This document shows, in pieces, positions 32,919 to 43,165 of a stretch of 64,000 nucleotides of DNA. The stretch spans positions 96,001 to 160,000 of the forward strand of contig OY729427.2 of assembly GCA_963422375.2 (NCBI GenBank). The letters are read 5' to 3'. The position numbers and the translations under genes were made by a program. Below the pieces are notes generated by a model. That model saw nothing but the letters and a program-made list of their open reading frames with translations. It was not told where the DNA came from and made no database searches. How positions within the stretch are numbered: position 1 is the stretch's first letter; each line of letters starts with the position of its first letter. The DNA is from Bryobacterales bacterium. GTDB taxonomy: Bacteria > Acidobacteriota > Terriglobia > Bryobacterales > UBA6623.

Positions 32919-33028
32919 CGCCGCAGCCGATCGCCATGATCCCACGAAACGCCTCGAGGGCGCCCGGCGAGCGCGAGTTCGCCCGCGGGGCCTTGCGGCG
33001 CGGGTTGCGAGGGGCGGACAATCAGGGC

Positions 33029-33982
33029 ATGTCGCAGCTGCGCTCGTTCCGCGGAATCCTCCCGGCCATGCAGGTGCCGTTCAGAGATGACATGAGCGTC
33101 GACGATGTCGAGCTCGCTCGCTTCGCGCGCTGGCTCGCCGGCCACGAGGGCATCGGCGGCCTCGTGACCAACGGCCACACCGGCGAGGTCTACGCGCTCA
33201 GCCCCGAAGAAAGGGCGCACGTCACGCGGGTCGTGGCCGAGGCCGTCGAAGGCCGCGTTCCGGTCATTTCCGGCATCTGCTGCGAATCGCTCGGGGAGGC
33301 CGCGGAGCACTCCGAGATGGCGAAGGATGCCGGCGCCACCGGACTCCTAGTGATGCCGCCGCACTACTGGCTGCGGTTCGGCATGCGGCCGGAGCACGTG
33401 CTCGATCACTTCAAGGCCGTTTCCGACGCAGTCGACCTGAGCCTGATCGTGCACGTGTACCCCGCGTGGACCAAGGCTCGCTACCCTTCGCAGCTGCTTG
33501 CCGAACTGGCGCGGTCCCCCAACGTGACAACTTTCAAGGTCGGCACGCGGGAGATGTCGAAGTACGAGCGCGACATCCGCGCAATCCGCGCGGCCAACCC
33601 GCAGTGCGCCGTACTCACCTGCCACGACGAGTACGTGCTGGCCTCGATGGTGCAGGGAGTCGACGGCGCCCTCGTGGGCTTCGCGTCGTTCATTCCCGAA
33701 CTGCTGGTCGAGCTCTACGATGCGGTCCGTGCGGGCGACCTGCATCGCGCGGGACGCGTTCACGAACCGATCACGGTCCTCAAGGAAGCAGTCTATGCCG
33801 ACGAAGAGCCCTCGGGCGACGCCCACGCCCGCATGAAGGCCGCCATGGTCGTGGCGGGCCGACTGAAGTCTTGCGTGACGCGGCCCCCCACCCGACCGCC
33901 ATCCCCGGAACGGATGGAAGCGATTCGTGTCGCCGTGCAGGCCGCCGGACTGCTGCGGCAGCGCGAGCCTGTCGCAGCGTAG
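33029..33982 (+). CDS. Dihydrodipicolinate synthase-family aldolase/lyase (not DapA-like)
   Basis: GILPA..VPF, NGHTGE, LLVMPP, Schiff-base Lys in FKVG, GVDGALVG. Confidence 0.9.
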   Translation: MSQLRSFRGILPAMQVPFRDDMSVDDVELARFARWLAGHEGIGGLVTNGHTGEVYALSPEERAHVTRVVAEAVEGRVPVISGICCESLGEAAEHSEMAKDAGATGLLVMPPHYWLRFGMRPEHVLDHFKAVSDAVDLSLIVHVYPAWTKARYPSQLLAELARSPNVTTFKVGTREMSKYERDIRAIRAANPQCAVLTCHDEYVLASMVQGVDGALVGFASFIPELLVELYDAVRAGDLHRAGRVHEPITVLKEAVYADEEPSGDAHARMKAAMVVAGRLKSCVTRPPTRPPSPERMEAIRVAVQAAGLLRQREPVAA

Positions 33983-34007
33983 CGTACCCTAGTTGGCGCG
34001 TGACGCG

Positions 34008-35006
34008 ATGAGGATGAGGCGCAGGCAGTTCCTTGCGCTCGCAGGCACGCACGTCGGCCTGCTCGGAGGCTGCAGCGCGCCGGAAGGCGAGCGCATCAGC
34101 ATCGGTGCCATGCCGCCGGGGACGTCGTGGTACGTATTCGCCGCAACGCTGGCGCAACTGCTCCGCGACGCCGTCCCGGCCGGGACCAGCATCGAGGTAG
34201 TCGCGCGAGGCGGGGGGATCGGCAATCCGATCCTCGTGGACCGGGGCGAGGAGACCATCGCGATCGCCCAAGCGGCGACCGCGGCATGGGCCTACGCCGG
34301 CAATGCGATCGCCTACGACCACAGGCACGGTAACTTGCGGGCGCTGGCCGGAGGCCTGAACAGGGTCTGGATGGCCGCCCTGATGACCGAGGACTACATC
34401 GAGCGCACGGGCCACGAAACCCTCAAGGAAGCCCTCCAGTCCGGTACGCCGCCGCGAATCGTCATGAAGCCGCGCGGCAGCACAGTGCCCGTGGTGGCGG
34501 ACCTCCTGTTCGAAACCCTCGGCACCAGCCGCGAGAGAATCCAGGCCGACGGCGGGGACATCATCCAAGTGAGCGCCAACCAAGTGTCCGCGATTTTCCG
34601 GAACGGCCAGGCCGACCTCTATCTCGAGACGGCGATCCGCTCGCATCCGACCGTCACCGAAGTCTCGACCACGACCTCCGTCCGCTTCCTGGACTACCCG
34701 GAGGAGACGATCACGAAACTGGTGGGACCCGGCATCGAGCGCACTCCGATGCCCGCCTGGTTCCGCGGCCAGAGCGGCCCGCTCGACTCGGTGGACATGG
34801 GCACCGTGCTGATCATCCACAAGGACGCGCCGCGCGATCTCGCGCACCTGATCACGAAAGCAGTGTGCGAGGGACGCGAAGCGATGGCGGAAGCGCACAG
34901 CGCCTGGGAGGACTTCAGGCCCCAGCAGGCGGCGCGCCTCGAAAAGACCGGAGTCCCGCTGCATCCGGGGGCGGAAGACTACTACCTCCGGCAAGGATGG
35001 ATCTAA
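34008..35006 (+). CDS. TAXI-family TRAP transporter solute-binding subunit
   Basis: Tat/lipoprotein signal RRRQFL..GGC, G..GTSWY, GGGIGN, PLHPGAEDYY. Confidence 0.9.
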   Translation: MRMRRRQFLALAGTHVGLLGGCSAPEGERISIGAMPPGTSWYVFAATLAQLLRDAVPAGTSIEVVARGGGIGNPILVDRGEETIAIAQAATAAWAYAGNAIAYDHRHGNLRALAGGLNRVWMAALMTEDYIERTGHETLKEALQSGTPPRIVMKPRGSTVPVVADLLFETLGTSRERIQADGGDIIQVSANQVSAIFRNGQADLYLETAIRSHPTVTEVSTTTSVRFLDYPEETITKLVGPGIERTPMPAWFRGQSGPLDSVDMGTVLIIHKDAPRDLAHLITKAVCEGREAMAEAHSAWEDFRPQQAARLEKTGVPLHPGAEDYYLRQGWI

Positions 35007-35051
35007 CCCGGAAGGCCGTCCGGCTGGCGATCCTCTTCCCGTCCGACCACG

Positions 35052-36917
35052 ATGGCAGCGCGACTCCTGCCCGCCGTCAGGATCGGACTAGGGTCGTTCT
35101 GGATCGCCTTCCAAGCCTACATCCTCTTCCACCCGCAAGCACCCCTCGTGGAGCGTCCGCTGCATCTCGCGCTCGCCACCACGATTCTGTTCCTGCGCGA
35201 GCCCAGTCCCGGCTCCGAGCGGGGCAAGGCCCGGATGCTGGCGGACGCGGCCCTAGCGTTGGTCTCGGCGGGCTGCGGGGCGTACTACCTGCTCTCGTCG
35301 GATCGCTTGACGGGGCGAATGGAGGGGGTCGATGCCGTCCTGCCGGTCGACGTAGTCTTCGGACTGCTGGCGGTCACCGTCCTGATCGAAGGCGCGCGGC
35401 GCGCGGCCGGATGGCCGCTCCTAGCGGTGGTGACGGCGTTCCTCTTGTACGGATTCGCCGGCGAGTGGATGCCCGGTTGGCTGCGCTTCTCGGGCTTCGG
35501 ACTCGAGGACTCGATCGAAATCCTCACGCTGTCGCTGAACGGCATCCTCGGCATCACGACCGGCACGTCGGTGCAGTTCGTGTTCTATTTCATTCTGTTC
35601 GGGGCGCTCTACAGCGCAGTCGGCGGGGGGCGGCTGATCATTGACTTGGGCATGCGCCTGACCGGATCGCAAACCGGCGGCCCGGCCAAGGCTGCCGTGG
35701 TCTCGAGCAGCCTGATGGGCAGCGTCACGGGAAGCGCCGTGGCCAACGTCGCGGGTACCGGCGTGTTCACGATTCCGCTGATGCGGCGCGCCGGGTATAC
35801 CGCCAACGAGGCAGGCTCGCTGGAAGCGATCGCGTCCACGGGCGGCCAGCTGATGCCGCCCGTGATGGGCGTGGCGGCATTCGTCATGGCCGAAATGCTC
35901 GGAATCGACTACGGGCAGGTGGCGATGGCCGGCGCGATACCCGCCCTCGCGTTCTACGCGGCACTCTTGATTTCCGTGGATCTCCGGGCGCGCAAGACGG
36001 GAGTCGGAGCGGCACCCGGCTACTCGCGGGCTGCGCAGGAGCCCATCGCGCCTCGCCTGCACCTGCTAGCCCCGCCTCTCATGCTTGTCGGTGCTCTAGC
36101 GACGGGCTACTCCGCGACCTACGCGGCCGGGATCGCCAGTCTCGCCTGCGTCGCTCTCGGGCTTGCCGGAAGGGACGACCGCCCGCTACGGCGCAGGTTC
36201 ACAGAATTCGTCGAAGACTCGACTCGCCAAGCTAGCCAAGTGGCTGTTCCCATCGCGGCGATCGGCATCATCGTCGCGGTCGCGATCCAATCCAATCTCG
36301 CACTGAAGTTCAGCTCGGAGCTCATCGGCGGGAGCGGCTCGCCGCTCGGCGCTATGGGCTTGATCGTGCTGGGCTGCATCGTCATGGGGATGGGCCTCCC
36401 CACGGTCGCCGCCTACCTCATCGGCGCCATCCTGTTCGTGCCGGCCCTGAAGGAGCTCGGGATCGCGGAACTGCCCGCGCACTTCTTCGTCATGTACTAC
36501 TGCGTACTGTCCATGGTGACGCCGCCGGTGGCTCTGGCGTCCTTCGCAGCCGCCGGGATCTCGGGAGGCAGCGCGATGCGAACAAGCGTCCAGGCGTTTC
36601 GCGCCGCGCTGGTGTGCTTTCTCATTCCGGTCTCGTTCGCGTTCGAGCCGCGGCTGCTCGGGCAGGGAGAGCTGCTCCCCACGGCTGCAGCGGGCCTGGC
36701 CCTGCTGGCAGGCACAGCCGGGTGGGCGGTGGCGTTGGTCGGATACTTCCTGCATCCACTGCGGGGCGTCGAGCGCGTGGCTGTCGGCACGGCATCCGCC
36801 ATCGTGATCTGCTTTCCGACCGGGACGATGGCTTGGACGTGGGCGATCACCGGGTTGGTGCTTTTCGCAGCATGGACGCTGGTGACGCGCAGGATGCCGA
36901 CGGCCGGAGGATCTTGA
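35052..36917 (+). CDS. TRAP transporter fused 4TM/12TM permease
   Basis: GGPAKAAVVSSSLMGSVTGSAVANV..TG.FTIPLM, ASTGGQLMPPVMG, GMGLPT.AAY, TPPVALASFAAAGI. Confidence 0.95.
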   Translation: MAARLLPAVRIGLGSFWIAFQAYILFHPQAPLVERPLHLALATTILFLREPSPGSERGKARMLADAALALVSAGCGAYYLLSSDRLTGRMEGVDAVLPVDVVFGLLAVTVLIEGARRAAGWPLLAVVTAFLLYGFAGEWMPGWLRFSGFGLEDSIEILTLSLNGILGITTGTSVQFVFYFILFGALYSAVGGGRLIIDLGMRLTGSQTGGPAKAAVVSSSLMGSVTGSAVANVAGTGVFTIPLMRRAGYTANEAGSLEAIASTGGQLMPPVMGVAAFVMAEMLGIDYGQVAMAGAIPALAFYAALLISVDLRARKTGVGAAPGYSRAAQEPIAPRLHLLAPPLMLVGALATGYSATYAAGIASLACVALGLAGRDDRPLRRRFTEFVEDSTRQASQVAVPIAAIGIIVAVAIQSNLALKFSSELIGGSGSPLGAMGLIVLGCIVMGMGLPTVAAYLIGAILFVPALKELGIAELPAHFFVMYYCVLSMVTPPVALASFAAAGISGGSAMRTSVQAFRAALVCFLIPVSFAFEPRLLGQGELLPTAAAGLALLAGTAGWAVALVGYFLHPLRGVERVAVGTASAIVICFPTGTMAWTWAITGLVLFAAWTLVTRRMPTAGGS

Positions 36918-37419
36918 GTCCCGGCGCGGCACGCGAGAGCTCCCGAGCCCTCGACCATGCGATCGAGTACTCCCTCCGACGGGGCAGCATTCAGTACCCT
37001 GCAGCTAGCTCGTCCGGCTTCTGGCTGGAACTCGCGTCTTCCAACCGCACCGGATCTCCTCGCGCAGTCGGCCCGATCCCTCTCGGCGGCCATTGGCCGA
37101 CCTATTCTAGAGTGTCGCGATTGAAGTCGTAGAGTGCAACCGCATTGAAAAGCTCACGGTGACGTACAGTGGGAATGACGCCGAATGGGACGCACGATGC
37201 CCGAGGATCTGGCTTGGATCCAGTTCAGGCCCGTAGCATCACGCGGCAGTTCGATTTGCCTATCTGTCGGGCAAACGAGATATCCCTCAATCCCGACCAT
37301 TGATCACGGCCCGGCCCTCAGCCGACAGACCGGCGCAACTGCCGGTCAGAATACAATGAGGAATCGCAACTTTGGATCAGACGAAATTGCCGCACGATGT
37401 CGCTTGCTTTCCCACAGGA

Positions 37420-37664
37420 TTCTTGAGGATGAACTTCTCGCTTGTAAACCTGATTCCGAGTTGAGTTCAGCGCTCATGGGTCTTGACGATACTTGTACAG
37501 ATGATGTGAGTGTTGAGGAATTGAAAGACTATCTTAGCAAGAAAAAGAACAAGACTACCTATGCGGCAAGGCTGGCTAGGGCTCTGGCCGCCAACAAGAT
37601 CCGCGGAGACCGTATTCTTAAACCATTCAGGGACGCAATCGTATACTTGGGAGAAGCAGCATGA
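37420..37664 (+). pseudogene. C-terminal remnant of a probable OLD/TOPRIM nuclease (GajA-like)
   Basis: ILEDELL...DYLSKKKNKTTYAARLA...KPFRDAIVYL. ATGA overlap with the UvrD gene; lower GC. Assignment rests mainly on context. Confidence 0.4.
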
Positions 37665-39364
37665 CTGGTCTTGACCTTAACCAGTCCCTAGCCACTCTTA
37701 CTGATGTTCAACGTCGTGCGGTCGAGTGGGACACCGGGGCCTTGCTTGTACTGGCGGGTCCGCGATCTGGGAAGACTCAGGTACTAGCATGTCGAATCGC
37801 AAGGCTGCTGGATGCGTCACGAGACAGTCACTTTCGAATTCTAGGTTTGACCTTCACCAACAAGGCAGCTGATGAAATGAAGGTTCGTGTCCGAAATCTT
37901 GTCCCTGGACTACAACGACGGGCCAACATAGCTACGTTTCATGGATTCTGCGCTCAGGTTCTCCGTCAACATGGTGCCCACATCGGCATTCGCTCGGACT
38001 TTACAATATATGCCCTGGAGGCTGATCGCAGAGCCGTATTGAAAGATGCATTGCAACGTGCCGAATCACAAGGAGTGCCCGCATCTTCTGATGACATGTG
38101 GTATTTGACACTCATTGATCGTGTCAAATCCAAGCTAGTGTTCCCTGATGATGTCACTTCAGCCATGACTCACTTCCATGACGTCCAAAAGGTCAAGCTG
38201 GTCTATAGACTCTATGAGGAGGAACTTCGTCCACTTAATGCACTTGACTTTAGTTCCCTACTACTCGAAGCATACAGATTGATCCAAACATATCCAGCCT
38301 TCTCAAGGAGATATCTCCGGGTATACCCCTACTGGATGGTTGACGAGTTTCAAGATACAAGTAGACCGCAATATCACTTCTTGAAAGCAATGTCAGGCGA
38401 TCAGTTCAATGACATCTTCGTTGTTGCGGACGATGACCAGATTATTCTTCGGTGGAACGGGGCAAGCTATGAAACTATCGTGGATTTCGTTGATCACTTC
38501 AAGGCAGAGGTGATTCAGGTTTCCTCCAATTACAGGTGTCCCCCATCGATCATCGGTGCTGCAAACACGCTTGTCGCACACAACACTCAGCGGACAGTTG
38601 GAAAGCAACGGATCAAGCCTGTTAGAATTGAACATGCAACCCCAGCCTCACGGATCCGTGTAAGAGTTTTCGAGACCGACAAAAAGAAGCGGATGGAGTT
38701 GCGACCGAGATTGCTACGATGGGTGCTGGACACTGGGGCAGAATTGCTGTTTTGGGTAGAATGCGTGCTCTCTTGGATCGATTGCACCATGCTTTGAACG
38801 AGCAGGACGTCCCAAGCCACCTCGCTCAGCGACGCAATGAATTCCTGTCTCCTGAGATCCGCTGGTTTAGCTCGTCACTCCCCCAAGTGAACCGGCCTAT
38901 GGACCTGCGTAATTTGCGTAACCTAGTCGAATCGTTCAACGACTTCGGCCGACTCGCGATCAACCTAGATGATGTTGTGTCAGAGTCCAGTCTAACCGGA
39001 AAGAGTTTTTTAAGTCGTGGCTCAGCATTGTAAGTAATAGGGTTGCAGGGAAGCCCATCAGTACGATTCCCATCAGTACGATTCTTGATCACATGGATCG
39101 CCTTGCGATGGATCAGTCCAATTCGCTGCAATTGGCGAAAGATGTCATCGAGCTATTCTCCTCACATACTAGAGAACGAGGAGATGACCCGGACTTTAAT
39201 GAAGACATTCGTCTGTGGCGTCAACTCTTTGGCGATCTACGCTCTCATTATGGTGTCGCGGTGCGCCTGAGTGAGATTGTCCACGAGGTCCAACTCCGCT
39301 CAAAGGCACCTGATCCTCCCAAGGACGTGGTAACGCTGATGACGATTCATGCGGCAAAGGGAAA

Positions 39365-40397
39365 CCTGATTACCAACGAACGTCAGCCGAGGATATGCTA
39401 TACTGGAGGAGGTCGGAAATCTCTGACAGGAAAGGGGCTAGCAGATGAAACGCAATCGCGTGCAATTCCAGAAGGGACTCAGCGCGGGCAAGTTCCTGCA
39501 GCGCTACGGCAGCGAGGGGCCATGCGAGCAGGCCGTCTGCAACGCCCGCTGGCCGGACGGCTTCCGCTGCCCGGAGTGCGGCTCCCGACGGCACTGCCGC
39601 ATCCGCTCCCGCAAGCTCCGGCAGTGCCATGCCTGCCACCGCCGGACCTCCCTCGTCGCCGGCACGATCTTCGCCGCCAGCAAGCTGCCGCTGACCGTCC
39701 GGTTGCTGGCGCTCCACCTGCTGACGCAGGGCCAGCACGGCGTTTCGTCGCTGGAACTGGCGCGGCAGCTGGGGGTCAGCCGGAACACGGCTTGGAAGAT
39801 GAAGCACAAGCTCTTGCAAGTGATGAAGGAGCGCGACGAGCGCCTGCCGCCGGGCGGCATCGTGCAGGTGGACGACGCCTACCGGGGCGGGGAGCGGACC
39901 GGCGGCAAGCGCGGTCGCGGCGCGGCGGGCAAGACGCCGTTCGTGGCCGCCGTGCAGGTCAGCGCCGCCGGCCAGCCGGCAAGGATGCGCCTGAGCAGCG
40001 TGGCGGGCTTCCGCAAGAAGACGCTGGCAGCGTGGGCCGGGCGGCACTTGCAGCCCGGCACGGAGGTGCATTCCGACGGCTTGGCCTGCTTCCGGGGCGT
40101 GGCCGGCGCCGGCTGCGAGCACGTGCCGACCGTCACCGGAGGCGGGAAGCGGAGCTGCGCGGATTCCCGCTTCGTCCGGGTCAACACGATGCTGGGGAAC
40201 GTCAAGCAGTCCCTGGCGGGAACCTGCCATTCGTTCGACGGCAAGCACCTGCCGCGCTACCTCGCCGAGTTCCGCTACCGCTTCAACCGCCGCTACGATC
40301 TCGAGGCGCTGGTCCCCCGCCTGCTCCACGCCTCCGTGCGCACCCCGCCCATGCCTTACCGCCTCCTAACCTTGGCTGAGTCTTGTGGGTAATCAGG
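39365..40397 (+). mobile_element. IS1595-family element, copy 2 (transposase ORF 39445-40392)
   Basis: Same TIRs as copy 1; open 315-aa ORF. Confidence 0.95.
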
Positions 40398-40630
40398 AAA
40401 GCCTTTTCCCAAGATACGGGCCATACTCAGTCGACTTCCTATTCAGGCTGCCATCATAGCAGCCCAGAGATAGAGTCTTGAATTCTAAAACTTAGGCCTG
40501 CATATTGTGATATACCGTAACTATCTACACAGTATATTGCGTACTTAAATTTGGAAGGCCTCCTTCTTAGCAGACTGCTTGGGAACTCAGTTGCCAGTAC
40601 ATTCTGGCCTGGCCGATCCGAAAAGACTTT

Positions 40631-41675
40631 CCTGATTACCAACGAACGTCAGCCGAGGATATGCTATACTGAAGGAGGTCGGAAACCTCTGACAGGAAAG
40701 GGGATAGCTGATGAAACGCAATCGCGTGCAATTCCAGAAGGGACTCAGCCTGGGCAAGTTCCTGCAGCGCTACGGCAGCGAGGGGCAATGCGAGCAGGCC
40801 GTCTTCAACGCCCGCTGGACGGACGGCTTCCGCTGCCCGGAGTGCGGCTCCCGCCGGCACTGCCGCATCCGCTCCCGCAAGCTCCGGCAGTGCCATGCCT
40901 GCCACCGCCAGAGCTCCCTCGTCGCCGGCACGATCTTCGCCGCCACCCAGCTGCCGCTGACCGTCTGGTTGCTGGCGATCCACCTGCTGACGCAGGGTAA
41001 GCACGGCGTTTCGTCGCTGGAACTGGCGCGGCAGCCGGGCGTGAGCCGGAACACGGCTTGGAAGGTGAAGCACAAGCTCCTGCAAGTGATGAAGGCGCGC
41101 GACGAGCGCGTGCCGCTGCACGGCATCGTGCAGGTGGACGATGCCTACTGGGGCGGGGAGCGGACCGGCGGCCAGCGCGGTCGCGGCGCGGCGGGCAGGA
41201 CGCCGTTCGTCGCCGCCGTGCAGGTCACCGCCGCCGGCCAGCCGGCAAGGATGCGCATGAGCAGCGTGGCGAGCTTGCGCAAGAAGACGCTGGCAGCGTG
41301 GGCCGGGCGGCACTTGCAGCCCGGCACGGAGGTGCATTCCGACGGCCCGGCCTGCTTGCGGGGCGTGGCCGGCGCCGGCTGCGAGCACGTGCCGACCGTC
41401 ACCGGAGGCGGGCAGCGGAGCTGCGGGGATTCCCGCTTCGTCCGGGTCAACGTCCGGGTCAGAACGATGCTGGCGCACGTCAAGCAATCCCTAGCGGGAA
41501 CCTGCCATGCGCTCGACGGCAAGCACCTGCCGCGGTACCTCGCCGAGTTCTGCTACCGCTTCAACCGCCGCTACCACCTGGAGGCGCTGGTCCCCCGCCT
41601 GCTCCACGCCTCCGTGCGCACCCCGCCCAGGCCTTACCGTCTCCTAACCTTGGCTGAGTCTTGTGGGTAATCAGG
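40631..41675 (+). mobile_element. IS1595-family element, copy 3 (transposase ORF 40711-41670)
   Basis: Same TIRs; open 319-aa ORF with a 12-bp internal duplication. Confidence 0.95.
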
Positions 41676-42311
41676 AAGGGAAAAGAGTTTTCTGAGGTGT
41701 TCCTAGTTGGGTTGGCCGAGGATATATTGCCGTCGTACCAGAGCAAGAGAAGAGGTGATCGGAGTCCTGAGATGGAGGAAGAGCGTCGCATCTGCTACGT
41801 AGCGATTACTCGTACGATGGAGCAACTACACATCATCCGAGCGAAATCCTACAATGGAAGGCCTGGGAAGTCGTCGCGATTTCTGCGAGATATGGGCTTG
41901 GAACGCACGTTTGACAATTAGGGTACCTATAGTTTATCCGAAAAACCACGCACGTCGGATTGCACGCTCTCAGGCCACTATGACGTACGGCCTTGTCCAT
42001 GGATGACTATCATCACTAAACGTCACTTCGATTGCACAGTCGCGTCGGATCGATACTCCAACTTGGGCGACCATGGTCCCGTGGCCAGCGGACGCGGAGT
42101 GGGAGCGAGAAGGCGTCGCTAGACGCACGGCACTCCGAGGGTCCCACGGCCCATGTGTAGCGAGGAATCGAGTGGCTTGGGATCGCTGCTCAAACTGAAT
42201 CACAGACAGGCTGTCGATGGATCAGCTTCGTACGCTCTGCCGCAACAGGCTGGGTGAGTGGGACGCGCTGAACACGGCTAAGGTAGTGACGAGGGCATCT
42301 CCGGGGAGGCT

Positions 42312-43100
42312 ATGACGCACGAGATCGCAACGGCGGAACTCGCGTCTCCCGGCAACGTCCGTCTCGCCTGCCGCGAGGGCAGGCACTCCGGCACGACCCG
42401 CGGCCTCGCCATGGGCTTCGTGCAGTGCAACCTCGTAGCGCTCCGCCAGAAGTACGCCTGGGAATTCCTGCTCTACTGCCAGCGGAACCAGCGGGCCTGC
42501 CCGGTCCTCGAAGTCACGGACACGGGAAACACCGAGCCAAGGCGCACGGCGCCAGGCGCCGACCTCCGAACCGACCTTCCGCGCTATGCGATCTACAGGA
42601 ACGGCGTTCGCCAAGCCGACCTCACGGATGTCGCGCACCTGTGGCGCGACGACTTCGTGGCGTTCCTGATCGGATCCGGAATCACGTTCGACCAAGCGCT
42701 CGAAGACTCCGGCGTGCGCACCACCAAGGACAGGTGGGTGCTCCGGACCTCGTTGCCGACCGAGCCCGCGGGGCGGTTCGGCGGGCCGCTGGTTGTCACT
42801 ATGCGCTGGCTCCCCCCCGACCAAGCGATCACCGCCACCCAAGTCACAGCCCGCTACCCGTTCAACCACGGCGCGCCCGTTCACATCGGGGATCCGCGGG
42901 CTATCGGCGCCGATCTGGAAGACCCGTACTTCGGACCGCCCGTGTCCCAAGTGCCGGCCGAGGTCGTCCCCGTCTTCTGGGCCTGCGGCGTCACGCCGCA
43001 GGAAGCCGCGATCAACTCGGGAATCGACATGGTGATCACGCACTCGCCGGGGCACGGGTTCGTGACCGATCTGCCCGCGCGCTCCCTCGCCCTGCCATGA
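42312..43100 (+). CDS. DUF1445 putative hydro-lyase (D-glutamate cyclase-like)
   Basis: FLLYCQRNQRACPVLE, DLRTDLPRY, GPLVVTMR, HGAPVHIGDP, PVFWACGVTPQ, ITHSPGHGFVTD. Confidence 0.9.
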   Translation: MTHEIATAELASPGNVRLACREGRHSGTTRGLAMGFVQCNLVALRQKYAWEFLLYCQRNQRACPVLEVTDTGNTEPRRTAPGADLRTDLPRYAIYRNGVRQADLTDVAHLWRDDFVAFLIGSGITFDQALEDSGVRTTKDRWVLRTSLPTEPAGRFGGPLVVTMRWLPPDQAITATQVTARYPFNHGAPVHIGDPRAIGADLEDPYFGPPVSQVPAEVVPVFWACGVTPQEAAINSGIDMVITHSPGHGFVTDLPARSLALP

Positions 43101-43165
43101 CGCGCGAGTTCGATGGGGTTCTGGACCCGCCGCCTGGGTCGGCATGCCATACAATCGCGGACTGC

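Larger units (their letters stand above)
39365..41675 (+). mobile_element. Composite transposon IS1595-[233 bp]-IS1595
   Basis: 8-bp TSD AAGGGAAA at 39357-39364 and 41676-41683 flanks only the outer ends. Confidence 0.85.
37661..41921 (+). pseudogene. UvrD/Rep (GajB-like) helicase, frameshifted and split by an IS1595 composite transposon
   Basis: LAGPRSGKT (degenerate Walker A), TFTNKAA, VDEFQD, DDDQ.I..W.GA, NYRCP. TIHAAKG|KEF is split by the insertion. EEERRICYVAITR. Frameshifts near 38685 and 39030. Confidence 0.9.

Noticed and set aside
14129..41675. CTGG->CCGG changes as a sequencing artefact
   Set aside because: Intact genes keep their conserved Trp/Leu codons in CTGG context, and the changes differ between IS copies. 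Not formally excluded without reads.
42425..43096. Long N-terminal extension of the sulfatase ORF (likewise 51053-51328 and 2234-2488)
   Set aside because: Overlaps a real gene or is low-complexity; the signal peptides begin at downstream ATGs.
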